Assembly (NCBI GenBank): GCA_963790475.1
Contig: CAWBOS010000012.1
Location: forward strand, 992,001 to 1,056,000
Source of the DNA: an uncultured delta proteobacterium
GTDB taxonomy: Bacteria > Desulfobacterota > RBG-13-43-22
DNA: 64,000 nucleotides
Reading direction: 5' to 3'
Under the pieces are notes generated by a model. It did not search any database and was not told where the DNA came from. It saw only the letters and a program-made list of their open reading frames with translations. The position numbers were made by a program, and so were the translations under genes. This document shows positions 10,009 through 20,668 of this stretch, one piece after another. How positions within the stretch are numbered: the first letter of the stretch is position 1; the number at the start of each line of letters is the position of its first letter.

Positions 10009-11937
10009 ATGCCGGATATTGATATCGATGCGCCGGGAAAAACCCTGATGCTGATGGGCAATGAAGCCATTGCCCGTGGTGCCCTGGAGGCCGGGGTGGG
10101 ATTTATCGCTTCCTATCCCGGTACACCCGCATCGGAAATCCTACCCCGACTGGCGGAGGTTGCCAAACGCCGGAACCTGTACGCTGAATGGTCGATCAAT
10201 GAAATCGTCGCCCTGTGGAATGCCAACGCCGCGGCTACCGCGGGAATCCGCTCCATGGCCTCGATGAAACAGAACGGGACCAATGTGGCCATGGATGCTA
10301 TTGCCAATCTGATGGAAAGAGGTCTGCATGGGGGCGGCGGAATGATCCTGGTCAATGCCGATGACCCCGGTCGGAGAAACAGCCCTAATGAGCAGGATAC
10401 CCGGGGTATCGCCAAGATGCTGGATATCCCTCTGCTGGAACCGGGTGATTTCCAGGAGGCCAAAGACATGATCCCCTGGCTCTATGACTTGTCGGAAGAA
10501 TTGGATTGTATGGTCATGCTGCGCGAAGTGGCCAAAATCGGCCACACCAGGGGCAATGTCATCCTGGGTGAGCTTCCCGCCCGGGAACAGAAGGCCCGCT
10601 TCGATCTTGTCCCCAAGATTCCCATCTTTGGACAAACCAATCTCCATGCCCGTCTGCATGAGAAACTGAAAAAGGCTATGGAACGGTTTGAAACCTCACC
10701 CTTCAACCGCTATATGGGTCCTGACGCCCCGGATTTGCTGGTCATCAGTTGCGGGGCCTCTTTTCTCTACACCATGGAAGCGGTCCGAATACTCGGATTG
10801 CAGAATCGGGTCGGGGTTTTAAAACTCGGTACCCTCTGGCCCCTGCCCGAAAAATTGGTTGAGGATTACCTCCGAAAAACGCGGCAGGTATTGTTTGTCG
10901 AGGAAGTACACCCCTTCGTCGAACAGAGCGTCATGGAATTCACGGCCAGTCTGGGACCGGCCGGTCCAAGACCGTATTTTTACGGCAAGCGATCCGGACA
11001 TATTCCTTTCTACGGAGAGTTAACCCCGGATGATGCCCTGAAGGCCATTGCCGGAATTATGGGGATCCAATACCAGGCCCGGGACCCGGAGTATGCCCAA
11101 AAAGTTCAGGCCGCTTCCCGGGAAGAAGTAATCATGCGTCTCGGTTCATTATGTGCCGGCTGCCCCCACCGGGCCAGTTACTGGGCCATTCATCGGGCGC
11201 TCACTCTCGATGGGCGGGGCGGGTTTGCTACCGGCGATGCCGGCTGCATGAGTGCCGGCTTCGGTCCCGGCGGATACTTTGTGGCCAAAATCGGCAACTG
11301 TATGGGTGGGGGGGCCGGACTGGCCGATGGTTACGGCAAGCTTAAGCAATTCGGGTTCACCCAGCCGGTGATCGGCGGTGAGGGGGACTCCACCTTTTTT
11401 CATGCCAGCATTCCGGCCCTGCTCAATGCCGTCTGGAACCGGTCGGACTTCACTCTGGTTGTTTATGACAACAGCACGACGGCCATGACCGGCTTTCAAC
11501 CCCATCCGGGTGTCGGAAGGACCGCCATGGGAGACCAGGGGATAACCGTTCCCATCGAAGACGTCTGCCGCGCCTTCAAGGTACGGGTGGAAATTTGCGA
11601 TCCTTTCGAACTGGAAAAGACCACCCAGGTGCTGCTCGATGTCCTGCGGGACGAAGGTCACGGCCCCAGGGTCGTCATCATGCGCCATGAGTGCGAACTG
11701 CAAAGAGGCAGACGGGAAAAGAGGCCCTATGAGGTGGCGGTGAATCCTGATAAGTGCCTGGGCGAGAGCTGCGGCTGTAACCGTTTATGTGTCCGGGTAT
11801 TCCGCTGTCCGGGACTCCGTTGGGAAGAACAGACCGGCAAATCGGAAATCGATGAGGTGATCTGCAGCGGTTGTGGACTGTGTACCGACATCTGTCCGCA
11901 AGGGGCGATTGAGAAAAAAGCGATAGGGGGGAGGTAA
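10009..11937 (+). CDS. iorA: Indolepyruvate:ferredoxin oxidoreductase alpha subunit
   Basis: MGNEAIARGALEAG, YPGTP, EQD, LCAGCPHR, GDSTFFH, C-terminal 4Fe-4S motifs. Confidence 0.93.
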   Translation: MPDIDIDAPGKTLMLMGNEAIARGALEAGVGFIASYPGTPASEILPRLAEVAKRRNLYAEWSINEIVALWNANAAATAGIRSMASMKQNGTNVAMDAIANLMERGLHGGGGMILVNADDPGRRNSPNEQDTRGIAKMLDIPLLEPGDFQEAKDMIPWLYDLSEELDCMVMLREVAKIGHTRGNVILGELPAREQKARFDLVPKIPIFGQTNLHARLHEKLKKAMERFETSPFNRYMGPDAPDLLVISCGASFLYTMEAVRILGLQNRVGVLKLGTLWPLPEKLVEDYLRKTRQVLFVEEVHPFVEQSVMEFTASLGPAGPRPYFYGKRSGHIPFYGELTPDDALKAIAGIMGIQYQARDPEYAQKVQAASREEVIMRLGSLCAGCPHRASYWAIHRALTLDGRGGFATGDAGCMSAGFGPGGYFVAKIGNCMGGGAGLADGYGKLKQFGFTQPVIGGEGDSTFFHASIPALLNAVWNRSDFTLVVYDNSTTAMTGFQPHPGVGRTAMGDQGITVPIEDVCRAFKVRVEICDPFELEKTTQVLLDVLRDEGHGPRVVIMRHECELQRGRREKRPYEVAVNPDKCLGESCGCNRLCVRVFRCPGLRWEEQTGKSEIDEVICSGCGLCTDICPQGAIEKKAIGGR

Positions 11938-11943
11938 GATCAG

Positions 11944-12561
11944 ATGAAAGATTTGATAAAAGACCCGCTCAGTCTCATTGTTATCGGTGTTGCCGGACAG
12001 GGCAACGTGGTCACCTCTCAACTTATCTGCGACGCCTTGATGAACGAGGGCTTTCGGGTGACCTTCGGACAGACCTATCCGGCCCAGCAGCGGGGGGGAC
12101 CGGTGATCAACTATATCAGAGTATCCAAAGATATCCAGGCCAGCCCGATCATCCCCCAAGGGCGGGCGGATGTCATCGTGGCCATGGAACCGGTGGAAGC
12201 CATGCGGATGCTGAACCAATACGGCAATCCGGATGTGGTTACCATAGTCAACCCCAGACCGATACAGGCCATCGACATCACCGGTCTGGGTGCGAAATAC
12301 CCCTCGGTGGAAAAACTCATGAAAGACATAACCGCCCTGTCCGCCAAAACATGGGTTGTCCCGGCCACGGAAGAAGCCAAGAAATTGGGCAACCCCATTA
12401 TGGCCAATGTCATACTGGTCGGGGCCCTCGTTGGTTCCGGTCTGCTTCCGCTGGACCGAAAGTCTATGGAACCGTTGCTTCGGAAACGTTTTCCTAAAGC
12501 CCTGGATATTAATATGAAGGCCTTCGATAAAGGCATTGAGCTCATGAAACAATACGGGTGA
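11944..12561 (+). CDS. iorB: Indolepyruvate:ferredoxin oxidoreductase beta subunit
   Basis: GVAGQG, QRGGPV, ANVILVGAL, NMKAFDKG; directly follows iorA. Confidence 0.92.
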   Translation: MKDLIKDPLSLIVIGVAGQGNVVTSQLICDALMNEGFRVTFGQTYPAQQRGGPVINYIRVSKDIQASPIIPQGRADVIVAMEPVEAMRMLNQYGNPDVVTIVNPRPIQAIDITGLGAKYPSVEKLMKDITALSAKTWVVPATEEAKKLGNPIMANVILVGALVGSGLLPLDRKSMEPLLRKRFPKALDINMKAFDKGIELMKQYG

Positions 12562-12615
12562 GCGGTTTCAAGGTTTATCGAAAATCGGCTGATACCGACA
12601 AAGGGGATTCTTAAG

Positions 12616-13512
12616 ATGGTTATGATACGGAAAGAGGGTAAAATCGACGGACATACCTATCTGATCGACGCGGTTCACCAGGGGGTGAGCCGGGGGCACG
12701 CCGTCTACCTGCTTAAAAGCAGTGATGGCGGGACCTGTTTGATCGACTCCGGCACCAAAGATTCGGCTAAGGTCATCCATGAAAAACTGAAAAACCTTGA
12801 TGCCTGGCCGGTGGAGAGGATCATTCTTACCCACTCCCACTGGGATCATACCCAGGGGATCGGTTTCCTTCGGGAAAAAGCCGCGGGAACCGGTAAAACT
12901 CCTGAGGTCTTCGCTTCGGAAAAAGCCGGGCCTTTTCTGGCAGATCAATCCTTTAATATTTGCTTCGGCACGGATCAGGCACCCTATGATAATGTTGACG
13001 GGGTTCTTCCCTTGAAAAACGGCCAATCCATCGAGGTGGGCCGTGATGTGAAGATACAAATCGTGGAAACTCCCGGGCACATGGTGGATCATATTTCAAT
13101 TTGGGAAGAAAATACCGGAAATCTTTTTGTGGGGGATGCCATCGGGATGAAGTGGGGGGATCATCTGGTCGTGCCCAATCCGAATTCCCGTTTCTGGAAC
13201 GAGAAAGACTTCCTTAATTCTATCGAAGTCATTAAATCCCTGGAGCCAAGAAGAATTTGTCTGGGCCATTTCGGATGCCTCACCGGTTCGGATGCACTAT
13301 CTTTTCTGGATGAAACCGTTTCTTTCTATGAGAAATGGATGGAGATATTTTACAAGAATTCAGGTCGGTTGGATGACATCCCCTTTCTGGTTGACCGAAT
13401 ATGGGAAGAAATCTATCACGGTAATCTTGAAGGGCTTAAAGCCCTTGTGCTGCCGGGGTTGATGCATGCTGTTGAATTGGCGGCCGGGGCCTATGCCGAA
13501 CAACACTCCTAA
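12616..13512 (+). CDS. MBL-fold metallo-hydrolase
   Basis: THSHWDH, TPGH, LFVGD, LGHFG. Confidence 0.92.
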   Translation: MVMIRKEGKIDGHTYLIDAVHQGVSRGHAVYLLKSSDGGTCLIDSGTKDSAKVIHEKLKNLDAWPVERIILTHSHWDHTQGIGFLREKAAGTGKTPEVFASEKAGPFLADQSFNICFGTDQAPYDNVDGVLPLKNGQSIEVGRDVKIQIVETPGHMVDHISIWEENTGNLFVGDAIGMKWGDHLVVPNPNSRFWNEKDFLNSIEVIKSLEPRRICLGHFGCLTGSDALSFLDETVSFYEKWMEIFYKNSGRLDDIPFLVDRIWEEIYHGNLEGLKALVLPGLMHAVELAAGAYAEQHS

Positions 13513-13541
13513 AGGATTGGGTCCCTGGGAGAGGAGTTTTT

Positions 13542-14000
13542 ATGGAAAACACTTGGAAGCTGCATCATGTCGGAATACCCGTCCGGGATTTGGATAAGTC
13601 AATAAAAGATTACCAATCCTTAGGCACAACCACATTTCAACCGGAATTCGTGATCGACAGCAGCAAATTTGCCGAGTATCTGGTGTACGGTAAGACCCCT
13701 GATCCCGTGGTCAAGACCAGAGTGGCCATGGGACAGGTGGGTCCCCTGAGGGTAGAGCTGCTGCAACCTCTTCAAGGGGAAACGGTTCACAAAGAGCTCC
13801 TGGAGAAAACGGGTGAAGGCATCGGACATATTGCCTACACGGTGGATAACCTGGAAGAAGAAACCGCCAAGCTGGCGGAGAAAGGATTCCAGGTCATCCT
13901 CAGTATCATTCGGCCAGGTCAAACAAGACGCAGTGCGGTTTATATCGACACCCGCAGCAGCTTCAGTAACCTTCTAATCGAACTGATACAGGCCAGCTAG
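13542..14000 (+). CDS. VOC/glyoxalase family protein (methylmalonyl-CoA epimerase-like)
   Basis: HHVGIPVRDL, ELLQP, GEGIGHIAYTV, IELIQ. Confidence 0.9.
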   Translation: MENTWKLHHVGIPVRDLDKSIKDYQSLGTTTFQPEFVIDSSKFAEYLVYGKTPDPVVKTRVAMGQVGPLRVELLQPLQGETVHKELLEKTGEGIGHIAYTVDNLEEETAKLAEKGFQVILSIIRPGQTRRSAVYIDTRSSFSNLLIELIQAS

Positions 14001-14184
14001 CAAAAAAGTTGACGACAGTCAGTGTGTCAAACTCATCAACCAAACAATCATCGAAAAGAAATTTCCTGGGCTTCGTTTTCAAATATTCTCAAAGTTTAAC
14101 GGTATCTCCCTCGAGGATTCCGCTCCTAAGAGGATTACTCCCTGGATTTGTCGGGAGGTTCCGATGAAAAAGGGAGGTTTATTG

Positions 14185-14244
14185 ATGAGACTACTCCAAG
14201 GGGAAAAGATAATTGAAGTGGGAGGGATTGGACCAAGGCCAGGA
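14185..14244 (+). pseudogene. N-terminal stub of a CaiB/BaiF CoA-transferase
   Basis: RBS aagggagg then MRLLQGEKIIEVGGIGPRP, resembling the family N-terminus (PLxGxKIIExGGIGPGP); similarity then ends. Confidence 0.5.
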
Positions 14245-14339
14245 AGAGAGCCTAAGCAACCCAGAAAAAAAGAATCCGTTCACTTTTTCGAGAGCGGGTA
14301 TGTCAAATCAAATGATCAAGAAGAGCTAAGGAGGAGAAT

Positions 14340-15240
14340 ATGTCCTATTTTCAGAACGGAAATGCCCGGATATACTATGAGGATGTGGGAGAAGGGGATC
14401 CCATCATCGCCAACCACGGGTTGGCCGAAGACACCACCTACTGGAGTGAACCAGGGGTCACCGCCGCTCTGGCCGAGAAGTATCGCATAATCTCAATCGA
14501 CATGCGGGGCCACGGCCGGACCGTTGTCGAGGGTGAATCGAAGGGTTACGATGAAATCACTATGGGAAATGATTTCACCGCCCTGGCCGACCATCTCCAA
14601 CTTGGCAAGTTTCACCTTCTGAGCCATGCCACCGGTGGGATGGTCGCTGCCCGCTACGGTATCCGACACTCCGACAGACTTCTCAGCCTGATGCTCACCG
14701 ATACGGGATCGGAGACCCTGCCGAAGATGTTCGCCCCCGACGGCCACGAGATTACTGAGGAGGAACAGGAGCAGCTTCGAGAACTGGGCGAACAGACCAG
14801 GCAGGAGTGGGTCAGAAATCAACCGCCACCACCAAGCTACATGCAGCGAAAAGCCAATTGGCGCAGCAACCCGGGGGTCTTTACCTTCAAGATGTCCGAA
14901 CATCCTTACAGCGAAAAGATGTACGCGATTATGGATGACTGGGGCCAGCGTCGTAATCCATGGGGCCCTTATGGAATTTATGCAGAGCTTTTACACCGAT
15001 CCTGATCCCATGGTGGAAGGATTACGGCAAGTCAAATGCCCGACGCTGCTGCTGATCGGTGAATTTGACCTTGTCTTCCTCAAACCGACCGAGCTGATGG
15101 CCAAGGAGATACCGGACAACCGGCATGTGGTTATGCGGGGGTGCGGGCACATGACCGCCCTGGAGGCGCCAAAGTGGACGGCCCATGAACTAATCGATTT
15201 TCTTGAATGTGTGGTAAAAAAGGGACGAGCCAACTGGTAG
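14340..15240 (+). CDS. Alpha/beta hydrolase with one +1 frameshift near 14962-14965
   Basis: HG, DMRGHG, SHATGG (Ala at the usual nucleophile position); C-terminal PTLLLIGEFD...GHM lies in the +1 frame. Confidence 0.8.
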
Positions 15241-15338
15241 ACAAACAGGACCCGTCAATAGGTTTGGGGTTCAGGGTTTAGTAGCGTTGACATCACATCC
15301 GAAGAATCATATTATCACCTCGCATAAAAAGGAGACGA

Positions 15339-15863
15339 ATGATGAGCATAAAAATACCCCTACCCAAAATTGAAGACTTGCCGGAAGAGATCCGGGAGAT
15401 GGTATCCTCCTCACCCCTGAATGTAGTCAAAATGATGGCCAACGCCCCCGCCAGTTTTCTGGGTTTCCAGAAGTTTGCCGGAGGTGTGCTTTTTAAAAAT
15501 CAATTTGACCCTCGCAAACGGGAAATCGCTATTTGCCGAATCGGTCATGTCACCAAAGCCGATTATGAATGGACACATCATGTTAGGGTAGCCAAGGGTT
15601 TGGGGGTCACCGATGAAGAGATAATGATAATCGGTTCAGAAAATCCCGTGACTTCACTGGATGAAGAAAGTAATCTTCTCTGCCGCGTTGCCGATGAAAT
15701 CAGTCTGAATGTCCGTTTAAGCGATGAGGCCCTAACCCGGATACTGGAGCGATATGGGGTTCGGGGTTCCACCGAACTTATCCTCTGTTGCAGCTACTTT
15801 AATATGATCAGCCGGTTTTTAGAATCGACAAGGATTGAGCTTGAAACGACGGCGGGTTCATAA
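15339..15863 (+). CDS. Carboxymuconolactone decarboxylase/AhpD family protein
   Basis: DPRKREIAICR, YEWTHH, YFNMISRF. Confidence 0.88.
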   Translation: MMSIKIPLPKIEDLPEEIREMVSSSPLNVVKMMANAPASFLGFQKFAGGVLFKNQFDPRKREIAICRIGHVTKADYEWTHHVRVAKGLGVTDEEIMIIGSENPVTSLDEESNLLCRVADEISLNVRLSDEALTRILERYGVRGSTELILCCSYFNMISRFLESTRIELETTAGS

Positions 15864-15933
15864 GAAGGGACATGGTCGCCTCGGTCCTTATCAAGGTCTT
15901 GAAAACGGGAAAGTTTTAAAAGGGAATCCCGGG

Positions 15934-16041
15934 ATATCAGAAGAAGATGGTGTCGATCTGGGCCTATTTGGCCCATCTGATTACTCGATAAGCATCGGCA
16001 AACCGGTGCAGGCCGGAAGCCAAGAGGTCCAAAAGGCCCAC
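15934..16041 (+). pseudogene. Internal fragment of an HpcH/HpaI aldolase
   Basis: [18 protein letters not shown] parallels PGLDAIYVGPSDLALALG in the intact aldolase at 17079-17870. Confidence 0.55.
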
Positions 16042-16058
16042 TGTTTGGAGGAAAAGAT

Positions 16059-17066
16059 ATGGACAAGCCAAAAATATATGTCACCCGGCGGATCGCTCAG
16101 ACAGCGCTGGACATGATCGCGGGTGAAACGGAGATGGAGGTTTGGGCCGGCGAACTACCGCCACCCTACCAAACCCTGCAGGAGAAAGCCGGGTCTGCCG
16201 ATGGTCTCCTGACGTTGCTTACCGATCGGATCGACACCGCCCTGCTGGATAAGGCCCCACACTTGAAAGTGATCAGTAACCTGGCTGTGGGATACGACAA
16301 CATCAATGTTACCGAGGCCACCGCTCGGGGAATCCTCGTGGGCAATACCCCTGACGTTCTAACCGAAACCACGGCCGATATGGCCTTTGCCCTGCTCATG
16401 GCTTCAGCCCGTAGGTTGGTCGAGGGCCACGAATACACCAGGAAAGGTCTTTGGAAAACCTGGGGTCCCATGGTCCTCCTGGGGCAGGACGTTTACGGGG
16501 CTACACTGGGCATAATCGGGTTGGGCCGTATCGGGGTTGAGATGGCCAGGAGGGCCCGGGGGTTTGACATGCGAATTCTGTATCACGGACCAAACCGGAA
16601 AAACGAAACGTTGGAAAAGGAATTAGAGGTTGAGTATGTAGCCGAACTGAAGGACCTATTGGCATCCTCCGATTTTATCAGCGTTCACGTCCCGCTGACG
16701 CCCTCTACGGAGAGACTCATCGGCCGGGCTGAATTTCAGCTCATGAAAAGAACCGCCGTGTTCATCAACACGGCGCGAGGAGGCATCGTGGACCAGCAGG
16801 CCCTTTATGAAGCCCTCAGGTCCGGACAGATCTTTGCCGCCGGACTGGATGTAACTGCTGTTGAACCTGTTCCCCGGGATGATCTCCTGCTTACGCTCAA
16901 CAACGTCATTATCACCCCGCATATCGGCAGCGCCAGCGTCAAGACTCGGGAAAAGATGGCTATGATGGCCGCCGAAAACCTGCTGGCAGGCATCAAGGGA
17001 AAACTTCCGCCGAATTGTGTTAATCCGGAGGCACTTCGGATTTCCCCCCATGTTCGCCCCACTTAA
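16059..17066 (+). CDS. D-glycerate dehydrogenase/glyoxylate reductase
   Basis: [34 protein letters not shown]...EP, PHIGSA. Confidence 0.95.
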   Translation: MDKPKIYVTRRIAQTALDMIAGETEMEVWAGELPPPYQTLQEKAGSADGLLTLLTDRIDTALLDKAPHLKVISNLAVGYDNINVTEATARGILVGNTPDVLTETTADMAFALLMASARRLVEGHEYTRKGLWKTWGPMVLLGQDVYGATLGIIGLGRIGVEMARRARGFDMRILYHGPNRKNETLEKELEVEYVAELKDLLASSDFISVHVPLTPSTERLIGRAEFQLMKRTAVFINTARGGIVDQQALYEALRSGQIFAAGLDVTAVEPVPRDDLLLTLNNVIITPHIGSASVKTREKMAMMAAENLLAGIKGKLPPNCVNPEALRISPHVRPT

Positions 17067-17078
17067 ACTCTCGACTTA

Positions 17079-17870
17079 CTATGAGCCGGCGGTTCCCTTC
17101 TCCTTATTCTGAGCGGCACGGGCCGCGGCCAGGTCGGTGTAGACCGCCCGCATCATGAAACCGGCATCCGAATTCAGGGTCACGAAGTTGAAACCGGCTT
17201 GAAGCCGGCGCTGGGTATAGGCCAGACCGTTGGTGTGGATACCAACGGGCAGACCATGCTTTTTACAGGTCGATAGGATCCTGTCGACCGCCGCCAGGTG
17301 CAGCGGGTCATCGGTATCGCCGCGGGCCGGCAAACCCAGGGCCAGGGCGAGATCCGACGGGCCGACATAGATAGCGTCCAGCCCGGGCGTGGTCACAATA
17401 GACTCGAGGTTTTCGATTCCTTCCTTGGTTTCAATCATGGCGATGCAGGCGATCTGGCCATTGGCTTCCGTTGCATAGCCACGACCGCCATAGAGCGCGG
17501 CGCGCAGGGGGCCGAAGGATCGGGTGCCAACCGGCGGATAGCGGCAGGCCGAGATCGCGGCCAGGGCATCTTCGCGGTTGTTGACCAGCGGCACGATTAC
17601 CCCCAGGGCGCCAGCGTCCAGCACTTTCATGATCTCCTTAGGGTCGTTGCCGGATACACGCACAATCGGCGTTACCGCGGTGGTAGAGATGGCCGGAAGC
17701 ATGTGCAGCAGGTCCCGGTAGTCCAACAGCCCGTGCTGCAGGTCTATGCAGAGCCAGTCGAAACCGGCGTTGGCCATCATTTCGGCGATGTGCGTGTTGG
17801 CCAAAGACAACCAACCGCCAATTGTCTGCTCACCGGCGCGCCATTTGGCAAGTGCTGTGTTCTTTCTCAT
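17079..17870 (-). CDS. HpcH/HpaI aldolase family protein
   Basis: GFDWLCIDLQHG, LDAGA, RYPPVGTRS, MIET, GPSDL. Confidence 0.93.
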   Translation of the reverse strand: MRKNTALAKWRAGEQTIGGWLSLANTHIAEMMANAGFDWLCIDLQHGLLDYRDLLHMLPAISTTAVTPIVRVSGNDPKEIMKVLDAGALGVIVPLVNNREDALAAISACRYPPVGTRSFGPLRAALYGGRGYATEANGQIACIAMIETKEGIENLESIVTTPGLDAIYVGPSDLALALGLPARGDTDDPLHLAAVDRILSTCKKHGLPVGIHTNGLAYTQRRLQAGFNFVTLNSDAGFMMRAVYTDLAAARAAQNKEKGTAGS

Positions 17871-17883
17871 GAATTCCTCTGTG

Positions 17884-18022
17884 AGACCTTCTAAAAATAC
17901 CCCTTTTGCCCAATCTCTGTGTCAGACTCAAATTTCAATCCTCGAAATATTCCACATATTCCTGCGGTTGAAATTTTCGCCTTCCTTGACCTTGAGCAAA
18001 ATTGAACATTTTTGAAAGGTCT
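17884..18022. mobile_element. MITE-like element (~140 bp) with imperfect terminal inverted repeats
   Basis: agaccttctaaaaat ... atttttgaaaggtct; a diverged 5' half recurs at 53525-53598. Confidence 0.6.
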
Positions 18023-18094
18023 TTCTCTGTTGGGTTCTTTCGTTACCTTGTCTGAAATTCCGGAGCCGTTACTTCCTTATTATCAATACAATAT

Positions 18095-18123
18095 ACTATA
18101 GGGAAACAGCGATAGACCGTCAA
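18095..18123 (-). promoter_or_regulatory. sigma70-type promoter TTGACG-N17-TATAGT facing the aldolase gene
   Basis: Reverse complement ttgacg gtctatcgctgtttccc tatagt; near-identical copy at 34112-34140. Confidence 0.65.
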
Positions 18124-18455
18124 GGAAGAACTCTTTTTTTATCTTCTTTCCGGGATTGTACAAACATTGGTCCTCAATGCCTGACCCCAGGCCGCTGGAA
18201 ATCTGGAGGTCTTGACGGGATTATTTGAGCAACCTGAGAGTTTTTACTAAGGGGAACGGGGTGGTTTGAAGAAGTACTTCCTCCTACTGTTAAATTCCAT
18301 TTTTGAAAAAATACAATATACCAAGTACAAATCGTTGACGAACCTTCCTATTTACTGGTCCTACTCCAAAGAAAAATCCCCTTATTTACTATTCCTAAAA
18401 ATCGTGTATGATGGAATCCATTTAAAACCCGGAACAATAAGATAACCCATCTTCC

Positions 18456-18545
18456 AGCAACGTCACTTAACCCTAAAGGGGGGCAAGAATATGGAGGAAT
18501 TTAGGAGACCCCGTTTCTCAACTGAGAGATGGGGTTTTTTATTTT
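18456..18545 (+). ncRNA. Putative structured sRNA/leader, copy A (diverged)
   Basis: Terminator accccgtttctc-aact-gagagatggggt-tttttt, shared with copies at 22615, 24670 and 27762. Confidence 0.45.
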
Positions 18546-18697
18546 GCAATTAACCTATAATACGAGTTCTCTAAAAGGTCGGGGCCAACAATGTTTGGTT
18601 GAATTAACGAACCTCAACCTGTAGTATCGGGAGAAACCGACCTGTTAAAAGATATGGAGTGAAAAAGAGAAGAGTTCTTAATCTGAAGGGATAAAAG

Positions 18698-19501
18698 ATG
18701 GATTTTGAATTTATACTTTTCGAAAAAAAGGATGGGATTGCCGCGGTAACATTGAACCGGCCTGATAAATTAAACGCCCTGACACCCCAAATGAGGGTGG
18801 AAATGCGAAAGGTGTTTGAAGAGGCGGCTGAGGATGACGGCGTTAGAGTATTGATTCTTACCGGAGCAGGACGGGGTTTTTGCGCCGGTGCGGATATCGT
18901 TACCGTTGCCGAACGCGCCGAACTGGCCGATGACGAGTCTATGAGGGCCTTACGCCTGCAACCGGTCGCTACAAACCGGCTGGCAACGTTGCTTCGAAAC
19001 CTTAGCAAACCGACGATCTGCGCGCTCAATGGGATTATTGCCGGCGGCCCTATTGCGCTTGCCTTGAGCTGCGATATAATCATCGCCTCGGACCAGGCCA
19101 GGTTCCGTATGGCCCTGACGCGCGTGGGCCTTTCATTGGAAAATGGCATCTCCTATATGCTTTCCAGGCGAATAGGGTCCCATTTAACCCTGGAACTCGC
19201 CTATACCAATGATATCATCGATGCTCAGGAGATGGAGCGGATCGGTCTGGTCAACAGGGTTGTCCCACATGACAAACTGATGCAAACGGCCAGGGATATG
19301 GCCCAAAAAATGTTTGATATTCCCCCGCTTGGTCTGGCCATGGCTAAGAAATGTGTCTATAAATCCCTTGAGGCTCCTGACCTGGAGACGCAAATTGCTT
19401 TTGAAATGCTCCTGGGCAAGACCTTGAGTCAGACCGAAGACCGTAAGGAAGCGGTTCAATCCTTTATGGAGAAACGAAAACCGGTTTATCAAGGGAGATA
19501 G
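18698..19501 (+). CDS. Enoyl-CoA hydratase/isomerase family protein
   Basis: LNRPDKLNAL, GRGFCAGAD, KPTICALNG, GLVNRVV. Confidence 0.95.
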   Translation: MDFEFILFEKKDGIAAVTLNRPDKLNALTPQMRVEMRKVFEEAAEDDGVRVLILTGAGRGFCAGADIVTVAERAELADDESMRALRLQPVATNRLATLLRNLSKPTICALNGIIAGGPIALALSCDIIIASDQARFRMALTRVGLSLENGISYMLSRRIGSHLTLELAYTNDIIDAQEMERIGLVNRVVPHDKLMQTARDMAQKMFDIPPLGLAMAKKCVYKSLEAPDLETQIAFEMLLGKTLSQTEDRKEAVQSFMEKRKPVYQGR

Positions 19502-19566
19502 AAGCCCTTAGAATCAAAAATTTTTAAAAACTTAACAGATACCTTTTAACCAGGAGGAGGGGAAGT

Positions 19567-20418
19567 ATGTGCGAGTATTGTGAGAAATTTGGGAGCGATG
19601 ATATCTGGTACCTGAATCGGAAAGGATATGCCAGGCAGTTGTATCGCCGGAAATTACCCGGGGAGAAATTCGTCCCCGAGGCCATATCCTACCGCCAGGA
19701 AAGGAGCCGTCTCCGGGATCTATGGGCCGATGCCCGCCTGAAAAAAGATCAGGAAAAAACAAAGAAGCTCTCCCAGGATTTGGACCGGCTCTATCAGGAA
19801 AACGAACCCTGTCAGGTCCTGCCCTTGAAAGACTGTTACAAAATCCTGGAGTATTCAAATCCGATTGCCTCCATGTCCTGCATCTGCCGCAAACAAACCC
19901 GGGCTACGGATGAGCGTCACCCGGACGAATATTCCTGCCTGGGTCTGGGGACGGGAATGCTGAAGTGGGAAAGGTGGCCGGAAAGATACCGGGGCGGCGT
20001 TCAATTCTTATCCACCCAGCAGGCCAAGGAGTGGTTTGACAAGTGGGACAAGGCCGGCATGGTGCATATGATTATGGTCTACGGTACGGAAAACGAAGGC
20101 CTCCCTTTTGTCGGAGGATTGTGCAACTGTGACTATCCCGACTGTATACCTCTCAGGATACGGCATGACTATGATATCAAGCATGTGCTTCTAAAGGCCC
20201 ATTACGTGGCCGTTCCGGATTACGACCTTTGCACGGGCTGCGGGACCTGCGTCGAAAGATGCCAGTTCGGGGCGATTAAGATGGAGGTCACCACCGGCAA
20301 GACGAACATTGATATGTTTAAGTGTTTCGGCTGCGGTGTCTGCGAAACGGGATGCCCGACTGAAGCCATAACTTTGGAACGCCGGGAGAAATTCCCCGCC
20401 TTAAGGGAGGAATGGTAA
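19567..20418 (+). CDS. 4Fe-4S binding protein
   Basis: MCEYC, CICR, LCNC, CTGCGTCVERC, CFGCGVCETGCP. Confidence 0.88.
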   Translation: MCEYCEKFGSDDIWYLNRKGYARQLYRRKLPGEKFVPEAISYRQERSRLRDLWADARLKKDQEKTKKLSQDLDRLYQENEPCQVLPLKDCYKILEYSNPIASMSCICRKQTRATDERHPDEYSCLGLGTGMLKWERWPERYRGGVQFLSTQQAKEWFDKWDKAGMVHMIMVYGTENEGLPFVGGLCNCDYPDCIPLRIRHDYDIKHVLLKAHYVAVPDYDLCTGCGTCVERCQFGAIKMEVTTGKTNIDMFKCFGCGVCETGCPTEAITLERREKFPALREEW

Positions 20419-20419
20419 A

Positions 20420-20668
20420 ATGGCCTATCAACATATTGCGATTGATTATGACAAGTGCACGACCCCTTATGCCTGTAAGAGATGTCTTCAAGTTTGTCCA
20501 CAGGCGGTATTTGCGGTCATGGCCGTAAAAACGAAAAAATTTCAGGAAACGGACGAAAATGAGCCGGGCGCTTTCAAACTCACAGTTCCTTTTGGTGACA
20601 AGTGCACGGTCTGCAACGATTGCGTCGAGGCCTGTCCGGTCAAAGCCCTCAGCGTTACCTACGAATAG
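20420..20668 (+). CDS. 2x[4Fe-4S] ferredoxin
   Basis: CTTPYACKRCLQVCP and CTVCNDCVEACP. Confidence 0.9.
   Translation: MAYQHIAIDYDKCTTPYACKRCLQVCPQAVFAVMAVKTKKFQETDENEPGAFKLTVPFGDKCTVCNDCVEACPVKALSVTYE

Noticed and set aside
15003-15005. TGA ending the first hydrolase ORF as possible Sec
   Set aside because: The C-terminal part continues in the +1 frame from about 14965, so this is a frameshift and not in-frame recoding.
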